Assembly (NCBI GenBank): GCA_023144005.1
Contig: JAGLGN010000006.1
Location: 1,841 to 65,840, forward strand
Direction: 5' to 3'
Source: a bacterium
GTDB taxonomy: Bacteria > AUK180
DNA length: 64,000 nucleotides
Shown here: positions 39,069-46,398 of the stretch, one piece after another
Numbering within the stretch: position 1 is the stretch's first letter
Layout of the letters: each line of letters starts with the position of its first letter
Program-made: the position numbers and the translations under genes
Notes under the pieces: generated by a model
Told to the model about the DNA's origin: nothing
The model's database searches: none
What the model saw: only the letters and a program-made list of their open reading frames with translations

Positions 39069-39357
39069 ATTGCCTCCTTCGTATGATATATTTTAAACAC
39101 AATCAGAATATAAATCAACCCTTCAGCGGCAGCATTTATCTGAATTTGTATGATAACATACCATAATAGCAGAAGGAGATGTGTGAAGTCTGAAGTGTGA
39201 AGTGAAAAATAGGTGATAAGGTAATAAGTTTGTAGGTAGAGAACGATGGATTATCGGGTCAAGCCCGATAATGACAGAGGAGAGAGGAAATAACATTAAT
39301 AGATGTGTGGAGAATATTTACATATGATTCTACGCCCATTCTCCCTCCACCCGCCCA

Positions 39358-39629
39358 GGTGATCTGAGTCATAAATAAGATGGCAATGGAATGTTTAGAT
39401 TTGAGGTAATTCCAACGAACAATGAGCGCAGCGTACCCTTTGTGGTCCGCAAGCGAAAAGAGAGGAAGAAATTGACCAAAGATTAGATTCCCTTCGGGCC
39501 GAAGCTCTTTTCTGTCTTCTGTGTTGCTCGTTACTTACATACCGCCTTGGGTATGCAGTGTTCCTCGCGCCTTGAATCCGTAACAAAATAGCTTCAGCCA
39601 TTGCTATCGTATTTATGACTCAGAACACT
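39358..39629. repeat. MITE family A, full-length copy with compensatory TIR variant (tgagtca...tgactca)
   Basis: TIRs 'ggtgatctgagtcataaataag' and 'tatttatgactcagaacact'. Confidence 0.85.
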
Positions 39630-39711
39630 ATTCTCCAGGGACGGAGGTGGTGAATTTTTCAACCCACTTATTTGTCTGAATTGAATGTATTAAGTTAAAA
39701 TATTCAACCTG

Positions 39712-39900
39712 CCGTCCCGTAGGCTGATCGCTGCGGCGTTCTATATTTGTTACGGATAAATTAATGATAAATACGAAATAGTGATTTTCCGGTTACGGAT
39801 GCGTTTCCTTTTCCCTTACACACTTGTTCCTTGTCTCTCTCCCCCTGTTCCACTGGGTCCACTTGTACCTGGGTCCACTGCGCAGCGTGTCGCTTGTGCG
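39712..39900. repeat. Interspersed repeat family B copy (second and third modules)
   Basis: 'cgaaatagtgattttccggttacggatgcgtttcc...cctgttccactgggtccacttgtacctgggtccactgcgcagc'. Confidence 0.7.
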
Positions 39901-39904
39901 CTAC

Positions 39905-41866
39905 TTATCGTATGATCATAAATTTGCCGGTGATCTCCTCTGAGCCGTCATGAGGGACTACCCTGAAGATATATACTCCCGGAGCCAGTAACTGGCCGGA
40001 ATCATTATCCAGATTCCACGCTTCATCAGCGTCCCCGCTGTAATGTTCGATAGTTCGGGCAAGCATTCCGGACATGGTGTATATCTTAATAGAGCATCGG
40101 GAAGGTAAATGGATGAAATCCACCCTTTTATAGCTGGTCTCCCAATACGAGTATTGACCTTCAATGTATGGATTTGGAACCACTTCCACTTTGTATTTGT
40201 AATCTGCCGGGGTAGATTCCTCATGCCATTCAGGAGTGACGGGAAAGACATTCGCGAGAGCCGACGAATATGCGGGAGCCACAGGAGGGGTTGTAGTTCG
40301 ATCGCCCGTATCATATGCGACAACGGAATAATAATAAGTGAAGCCGTTAAAGATAGAGGGATCCGTATCTGTGTATTCCATGAAATAGGTTTCATTCCAA
40401 GAACTTCTATGTAATTCAGAAACCGGGATCTCGCCATAGTGATTTTTTACATAGGTTGATTCCAATTGAACAACAAGGGCATAATCTCCTAATTCGATAT
40501 CCCCCATACCTGTAAGGTTTCTATAGACTCTGTATCCGTCCCAATCCCTGATGCCTGAGTCGGGCGGATCCTCAGAAGATTCAGAACCTATCGAATACTC
40601 TGGGGACGGGTCATCCGCTTCTGAATAATAGCCCTCAAGGCCGCCGGGAAGGGGCTTTGGAATATAATTACGATTCCTTGACCACTTAAGAAATACCGAT
40701 CTGTCGCCTGTCTCAACCTCCAAAAAGGGAGCTTCGGGAGGAGGATTCGGTATCAGCCAGTCATTGTTATATATCTTTCTCGCCGTAGCGGCGTTCTTCT
40801 TGAATTTCACTACATCGTACCCCATGGGATTTGCCCATGACACCGCGGCCGTAGCGCCCATCGGCAGGTCAAAAGGCCCCATGCTGACATATAGCAAGGC
40901 ATCCTGCGGTTTTGCGTTCTTCTCCTGTATCTGATCGGAAGTAAGATAGGTCCAGAAGGCCTCATCATTGCCCCAATCTCCCCAATTTTCATATGTTAGG
41001 TCAAGCTTCACGGACCGCAATGTTGAAGTATCAAATATCGTCAGTCCAGCTACGCCAAGGGTTTCATCGGCGCCATAATAAGAATATGCCGTTCCCAGAG
41101 ATGGATCATAATAAGAAACATTCTTTGCGGCATGGTCCCAATCTACATCAGGATCCATGAAAACACCTATATAGAATTCGGGATAATCGTATTCAGAAGT
41201 ATTTTCAAGCGTCATTATATGTATATTAAAGGCATCCGCATTCGGGTAATTCCAGCGGAGATTTCTAACGGTGGCAAATATCCCAAGAGGGGTGCGGCTA
41301 TAAGAATCTTCTGCGAAGGTTACATAATCCGACTGGGAGAGTGATCCCAATTCCTCATTAATAGAAGAAAAGTAATACCCGTAAAAACTGATCATGTCCT
41401 TGTATGACCCGGGATAAGGTGTCAAAGAATCCTCCGGTGACTGAATGTCGCCCTCCCAGAGAAAATCAGAGATGATGCCGTTGTATCCCCACATAACATT
41501 CTGATCAGAAGCGATCTGTCCTTTCAAATGTTCGCCAAGATTCTTAGGATACTGCCATCCGGCAAAATACGGAGCCCATCCGCCCGCCCACGCGGGATTG
41601 GCGAGCCAGCCGAACCACCAGGCATTAGTTCCGGCGGTGATCGCGTAATTACCGTAACAGTCATTATACATGGAAGATCTTAATGAGACCCACAAATAAT
41701 CATAGGGGATCACATAGAAACAAAAATAAAACGGTGCTTTATCATCCTGGAGTTTTTCCAGGCCCAGAGGGTTGAAATACTGCTCTCTGTTCAAGGGCTT
41801 CTCTAAACTGAAGGCCGAAACAGATAGGAGCACAATAATTATTACCAAAGTTAATTTACTTCTCAT
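39905..41866 (-). CDS. Secreted protein with a T9SS-type (Por) C-terminal sorting domain and an FN3-like module; catalytic or binding function unknown
   Basis: Signal peptide MRSKLTLVIIIVLLSVSAFS. C-terminus ...VEVVPNPYIEG...SIKIYTMSGMLARTIEH...LAPGVYIFRVVPHDGSEEITGKFMIIR matches the T9SS CTD pattern. Confidence 0.6.
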   Translation of the reverse strand: MRSKLTLVIIIVLLSVSAFSLEKPLNREQYFNPLGLEKLQDDKAPFYFCFYVIPYDYLWVSLRSSMYNDCYGNYAITAGTNAWWFGWLANPAWAGGWAPYFAGWQYPKNLGEHLKGQIASDQNVMWGYNGIISDFLWEGDIQSPEDSLTPYPGSYKDMISFYGYYFSSINEELGSLSQSDYVTFAEDSYSRTPLGIFATVRNLRWNYPNADAFNIHIMTLENTSEYDYPEFYIGVFMDPDVDWDHAAKNVSYYDPSLGTAYSYYGADETLGVAGLTIFDTSTLRSVKLDLTYENWGDWGNDEAFWTYLTSDQIQEKNAKPQDALLYVSMGPFDLPMGATAAVSWANPMGYDVVKFKKNAATARKIYNNDWLIPNPPPEAPFLEVETGDRSVFLKWSRNRNYIPKPLPGGLEGYYSEADDPSPEYSIGSESSEDPPDSGIRDWDGYRVYRNLTGMGDIELGDYALVVQLESTYVKNHYGEIPVSELHRSSWNETYFMEYTDTDPSIFNGFTYYYSVVAYDTGDRTTTPPVAPAYSSALANVFPVTPEWHEESTPADYKYKVEVVPNPYIEGQYSYWETSYKRVDFIHLPSRCSIKIYTMSGMLARTIEHYSGDADEAWNLDNDSGQLLAPGVYIFRVVPHDGSEEITGKFMIIR

Positions 41867-42318
41867 TACTTCTCTTCCTTTATATATCGTTCCAAATCCC
41901 CCGCTTCAGCATTAACAAGTCGTTTAAAATTATTTTTATCCTTCGCGAAAAATATGATCTGCGCCAGAAGTTTAATATAATCCCCCTGACGACTTCGTGG
42001 TGCAGCAATAAGAAAAAGTGCTTTTACCGGTTTATTATCGATCGATTCAAAAGGAATTCCTTCCTTCACTCGGGCTATACTCAAAATAAAATCGTCTATA
42101 CCGTCTATTCGAGCATGGGGAATAGCGATCCCAAGGCCTATACCGGTTGATAGCTGGCGCTCCCTATTCAAGAGCTCTTCAATAAAAACGGCTTCGCCCG
42201 GTATATCCGCCAGTTTACATGTTCTTGCGGCAAATCGGGTTATAAGGTCAAATTTATCATCCTTTTCGAGTCGAAAGATAAGATCCTTTTTTACATAATT
42301 CTTGAAAAGCAGCTCCAT
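41866..42318 (-). CDS. ptsN: PTS EIIA type-2 domain protein (PtsN/EIIA-Ntr-like regulatory protein)
   Basis: GIAIPHARIDG active-site His motif, 150 aa. Its stop overlaps the start of the downstream T9SS-CTD gene. Confidence 0.7.
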   Translation of the reverse strand: MELLFKNYVKKDLIFRLEKDDKFDLITRFAARTCKLADIPGEAVFIEELLNRERQLSTGIGLGIAIPHARIDGIDDFILSIARVKEGIPFESIDNKPVKALFLIAAPRSRQGDYIKLLAQIIFFAKDKNNFKRLVNAEAGDLERYIKEEK

Positions 42319-42444
42319 TTCGCCTCCGTAATGTTTATGGTATTATATTTTTGCTCATAAATCAATAAGCGGAATGTTCAAAGGTTGAAAAGTTCAAGGG
42401 TGATTGGGAAATGAATACTTGGAGAAGGATGTAATAACTGCTAC

Positions 42445-42600
42445 TCACGAGCGTGGCAATCTTTTTATACTGTAAAAAAAAGCAAGATATTCTTCAATAA
42501 GGTTGAGCTTTTCGGTTGTAGTTAATTTGGAATATTCTCTTAGCTTCTCATCGCTGATCTCATAATAGTATTCCAGATCCTTCCTATTGCTATTTTTCAT
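42445..42600 (-). CDS. Possible 51-aa small ORF overlapping the 3' end of the nucleotidyltransferase gene by 11 nt (not in the ORF track)
   Basis: Reverse translation gives MKNSNRKDLEYYYEISDEKLREYSKLTTTEKLNLIEEYLAFFYSIKRLPRS*. Confidence 0.25.
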   Translation of the reverse strand: MKNSNRKDLEYYYEISDEKLREYSKLTTTEKLNLIEEYLAFFYSIKRLPRS

Positions 42601-43087
42601 TGTTTTGTTTTCCGAGCTTTCTTAAAAGTTTAACATCCTGAAGATCCTGGATTCGTCCCGAGTATTTCTTCATCTCAATAAGCCCGGCCGTTGATATGAT
42701 CGGAATAATAATACTCTCGGATTCCATCTCCGTTTTCTCTGAATACTCCTTATTAAAATCTACATTATGACTTAAAACTATGTCGATCTCTTCAAAGGGC
42801 TTATCTTTACCATATACACAGAAATCAATAAGGTTTTTCTCTGTAATCCATTTCTCTATTGTTTCAGGAGAAAGGAGGTCCTTCAGCGCCATGGGTCGGC
42901 GGGGGGCAAATCCCGCTTTTTGAAAGGCATTCACCAAATTTTGGAAATTCTCTAATTTGTTTTCAACTATCAGATCCAGATCAAAGGTCATTCTCGGTAC
43001 ACCATAAAGATTAACCGCAAGGCCGCCGACCACGAGGTATCTGACATTTTCAGAATTCAATGTTAGAAATATATCTCTGTAACTCAT
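42590..43087 (-). CDS. Nucleotidyltransferase-fold (MNT/Pol-beta superfamily) protein
   Basis: YLVVGGLAVNLYGVPRMTFDLDLIV matches the hG[GS]...D.D nucleotidyltransferase signature. Confidence 0.5.
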   Translation of the reverse strand: MSYRDIFLTLNSENVRYLVVGGLAVNLYGVPRMTFDLDLIVENKLENFQNLVNAFQKAGFAPRRPMALKDLLSPETIEKWITEKNLIDFCVYGKDKPFEEIDIVLSHNVDFNKEYSEKTEMESESIIIPIISTAGLIEMKKYSGRIQDLQDVKLLRKLGKQNNEK

Positions 43088-43190
43088 ACTATATAATAAG
43101 GCATTTTAAAAATATGTAAAGATTCCAATCTCATTTCTTCCTTGCATTTTCCCACTTTGCACCTCACACTTCACACTTTCTTTTGCACTT

Positions 43191-43400
43191 GTCCCCTATC
43201 TTGATTGGGGTGCGGCGTGAAACGATTGTAACAGAAAATTTAATGTATTAAACGAAATATTTATTTCCGGTTACGGGGGCGCGCAACGCGTGACGTGAAG
43301 AAAATCAAATATCAGTTTTTCTGCTTGCGTCCCTCTTTCTCAACGTGGAACCTTTGAACTTTGAACGCTTCGTTACTGCGAAGCTCCCGCTTCGCTAATT
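43191..43400. repeat. Interspersed repeat family B copy (first and second modules plus a divergent tail), preceded by a reverse-complement GTGAAGTG-type motif at 43155-43180
   Basis: 'gtcccctatcttgattggggtgcggcgtgaaacgattgtaacag...aacgaaatatttatttccggttacggggg...cccgcttcgcta'. Confidence 0.7.
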
Positions 43401-44066
43401 TATTATCAATTGATCGAGGTCAAATACATATGTCAATTTGATGGAGACCTTTATATTTTTGCCGTTTTGCACCGCGCCTGTAAATTTGCAGAGCTTTCCG
43501 GAGTTAAGAGCGGCCTTGTCCAATCTATCATACCCGGATGACTCCAATATCTCGGTGCCATAAATATTACCCTCTTCATCGAGATACAGCGTCAACACGA
43601 CCGTTCCCTCGAAACCCATCTTGATCGCAAGATCAGGATAAGCTGGAATGGATTTATATATTAGCATCGGAGCCGCAATTGTACCTGCCCTGTCATTACT
43701 TATCGACGGCGAGAACGAAGTGTTAACATTTGAATTCAAGTCTGCTATAACGCGCTCAAGATCCTCTTCATCCACCAGGTTTTTCGGCATTTCAGTAGGT
43801 TCGGGAATAGGGTGGTCACCGGATGGCGGTCTTAATGTATTCTCGGTGGAGACAGGCTTCGGAGGAGGAGGTGGCGGGCGAAAGTCCTCCCATACCAGAT
43901 CGATCGGGCCTTGTGGAGGGGGCAATGGATCCGAAATAGTGATCACTGGGTTGACAAATACAAATAAAGCAATATGAACAAGCATAGCGAAACAGAAAGC
44001 CAGAAGCTTCCTTTTAAGCGGAACCTCTTTCCTGAAAAAGTATCTTTTCCCTTGACGAAGATTCAT
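43395..44066 (-). CDS. tonB: TonB family protein (proline-rich spacer plus TonB C-terminal domain)
   Basis: TM anchor; PPPQGP...PPPPPPKP; C-terminal ...YPDLAIKMGFEGTVVLTLYLDEEGNI... Confidence 0.7.
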   Translation of the reverse strand: MNLRQGKRYFFRKEVPLKRKLLAFCFAMLVHIALFVFVNPVITISDPLPPPQGPIDLVWEDFRPPPPPPKPVSTENTLRPPSGDHPIPEPTEMPKNLVDEEDLERVIADLNSNVNTSFSPSISNDRAGTIAAPMLIYKSIPAYPDLAIKMGFEGTVVLTLYLDEEGNIYGTEILESSGYDRLDKAALNSGKLCKFTGAVQNGKNIKVSIKLTYVFDLDQLIIN

Positions 44067-44180
44067 AATATCCTCCTCTATCTATAATATTATAATTGAG
44101 AAAAGGACGATTTGTCAACTGTTTGAATGGTCGATCAGCCCGGCTACTGCGGCTTCGCCGGGCTATTTGATATTATCGGA

Positions 44181-44843
44181 TCAGTAGGTCTCTACAGAGA
44201 TCCCTTCCAAAAGATATTTATAAGTAAGTTCGACATCTATATCATCGACGGCGGTGTCACCCTGCATCGCAGCTGTAAATACACAGAGCTTCGCGGCGTT
44301 CATCGCGGCCTTGTCAAGAATATCGGAGCCGGAGGTCTTAAGTAGATATACCTTTCTGACCTGCCCTTTATTATCAAGTGTGCAGACCACTTTCACCGCG
44401 CCTTCAAGGCCCATTTCCTTGGCGATCTGCGGGTAAGTACCCGGATGCCTCTTTACAAGCATGGGAGGTATTATCGCACCGATATCTCTTAAGTTATGCG
44501 GTGTTGTATCTTCATCGATCATGATCTCAGGAATTTCAGGTATCGGTTCTTCATCCTTTCTCGGATCCGGAACTGCCTTCGGAATTGCCCTTTTTCGCGG
44601 TTTGTAGATATTCTTTGTTTTCTTCATTTTCTGATCTAATTTCTTTTTCGGAATGGTGTATTTCAAGGGTTTGAATATCTTTCTTTTTCCCGCCTTATAT
44701 TTATTCGGGCCCTTCTTGAACTCTCTGATACCGACAAATAATCCTATATGAACCACTATCGCGAGGATCAAAGCAATAAGGGTCGTCTTTTGAGAAAATT
44801 TTCTCTCTGTTTCCAGACGCTTTTTTATTACATCTATCATCAT
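44181..44843 (-). CDS. tonB: TonB family protein, second paralog
   Basis: TM anchor, K/P-rich linker, C-terminal ...YPQIAKEMGLEGAVKVVCTLDNKGQV... Confidence 0.7.
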   Translation of the reverse strand: MMIDVIKKRLETERKFSQKTTLIALILAIVVHIGLFVGIREFKKGPNKYKAGKRKIFKPLKYTIPKKKLDQKMKKTKNIYKPRKRAIPKAVPDPRKDEEPIPEIPEIMIDEDTTPHNLRDIGAIIPPMLVKRHPGTYPQIAKEMGLEGAVKVVCTLDNKGQVRKVYLLKTSGSDILDKAAMNAAKLCVFTAAMQGDTAVDDIDVELTYKYLLEGISVETY

Positions 44844-44855
44844 AATACGACTCCT

Positions 44856-45296
44856 TTATTCCCCGCCTACTTCTTTAGAGTAGTCGAAATCCTCATAGCT
44901 CTCTTCGGTTGACTGGAAGGCGATATTATCGATACCGCCCAATAAGACGCTGTCAATGGTATCAACAAGATAGCTGTACGGGGTTTTTGGATCCACCTTG
45001 ATCACGACAAAGGCATCCTTTTGGACCATCTTTGTTGTTTTAACTGTGGTCTTGACCTCATCCAGAGAAACGATGGATTCGTTCATCATTACAACACCGT
45101 ACGCATCTATATATATCTCAATATTCTTCTGATCGAGGGTTACCTCTTTCACCGAATCTGGAAGCTCGTATTTCAAGCCGGATTCCTGCGAAAATACCGT
45201 TGTAAGCATAAAAAAGATTATAAGCAGAAAAGCGATATCGGACATTGAAGAAGCAGGTATCGCTGTTGATGCTTTTGATTTGTTTTTTACCTTCAT
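44856..45296 (-). CDS. exbD: Biopolymer transport protein ExbD/TolR
   Basis: SMSDIAFLLIIFFMLTTVF N-terminal TM motif. Confidence 0.8.
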   Translation of the reverse strand: MKVKNKSKASTAIPASSMSDIAFLLIIFFMLTTVFSQESGLKYELPDSVKEVTLDQKNIEIYIDAYGVVMMNESIVSLDEVKTTVKTTKMVQKDAFVVIKVDPKTPYSYLVDTIDSVLLGGIDNIAFQSTEESYEDFDYSKEVGGE

Positions 45297-45303
45297 CCTA
45301 CAC

Positions 45304-45714
45304 CTATTTCTTATAGTCCACTGCCAGGGCGACCTTATTCACATATCCCTCCTGAATGCTGTTTAGGACTCTCTTTATGATCTCATAGGGGATACTTCCG
45401 TCGGCCTTGAGAACCACATACAGATTGGCTCTTTTTGAACCCTCGACCATAATATGCGCCGAGAGAGCTTCGATAAAAACAGGTTTGCCCTCTAATCTCA
45501 CCATTGTGCCGTCATCTCCCTTTTGCAGGGTAACATGAAGAACTGTCTGCTCCAGGGTTTCCGGCTTTGTAGCTTGAGGAAGAGTAAGGTCCAGGCCCTG
45601 ATCTTTATTGAAGACCGTGGTTATCATGAAGAAGATTATAAGCAGAAAGGCTATATCGGACATGGCGGAATCTGGAATATTCGTATTCGCCTTCAGTCCC
45701 TTTGATAACTTCAT
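45304..45714 (-). CDS. exbD: Biopolymer transport protein ExbD/TolR, second paralog
   Basis: AMSDIAFLLIIFFMITTVF. Confidence 0.8.
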   Translation of the reverse strand: MKLSKGLKANTNIPDSAMSDIAFLLIIFFMITTVFNKDQGLDLTLPQATKPETLEQTVLHVTLQKGDDGTMVRLEGKPVFIEALSAHIMVEGSKRANLYVVLKADGSIPYEIIKRVLNSIQEGYVNKVALAVDYKK

Positions 45715-46376
45715 TACTTGGTCAACTCCATTTCCTCCAGAACCTCAAGCAGTACACTTGAAGACTCCTGAATATCCATTGTGAACCTATCCAGGAAGTT
45801 TACAAAAAAGTTGTACATAATGAGAGCGGGAGCGGATATGATAAGACCTGTCGCTGTGGTGACAAGTGCTTCGGAAATACCGCCGGCGACAATAGTAGGA
45901 TCTCCAAGACCCGCGGTGGCCATGGAGCCGAAGGCGCCGATCATACCGGTAACAGTTCCAAGGAACCCAAAAATAGGAGCCAAAGAAACGACAGTTGCCA
46001 GCCAGACGAGACCTTTTTCAAGACTGGACAATTCGACCGCTGCCGCGGCTTCCATTGTCTTTTCGATCATGTCTCTTTTTTCCTGAGATTTCACCTTCAG
46101 TGTAGAGACCTTCTGAAGGTCGCTGTATTTTGTCAGACCTTCATGAAGAACCGCAGGAATTGGCCCGTTGGTTTTTTCACAAAGATCAAGAGCGCTGTCA
46201 AGATCATCCTTCTCCAGAAGCTCAATGATCATTCCCAAAAATTCTTTGGTATTGATCTTTCTCTTATAATAAGTGATCATTCTTTCAAAGAAAATGAATA
46301 ACGCAAGTAATGATAAGAGCAGAAGCGGCCACATCATCGGGCCACCTTGCTTAAATTTTTCTAATAGAAATCCCAT
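45714..46376 (-). CDS. exbB: MotA/TolQ/ExbB proton channel protein
   Basis: Three TM helices; ...TVTGMIGAFGSMATAG... conserved region. Confidence 0.8.
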   Translation of the reverse strand: MGFLLEKFKQGGPMMWPLLLLSLLALFIFFERMITYYKRKINTKEFLGMIIELLEKDDLDSALDLCEKTNGPIPAVLHEGLTKYSDLQKVSTLKVKSQEKRDMIEKTMEAAAAVELSSLEKGLVWLATVVSLAPIFGFLGTVTGMIGAFGSMATAGLGDPTIVAGGISEALVTTATGLIISAPALIMYNFFVNFLDRFTMDIQESSSVLLEVLEEMELTK

Positions 46377-46398
46377 TCGTCACTCCTTTATTTAATAA

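Noticed and set aside
44090-44180. GC hairpin 'gcccggctactgcggcttcgccgggc' between the two tonB genes as a terminator
   Set aside because: It is a good stem, but on the coding (minus) strand it has no U-tract after it. It may be a processing or attenuation structure, but that cannot be supported from sequence alone.
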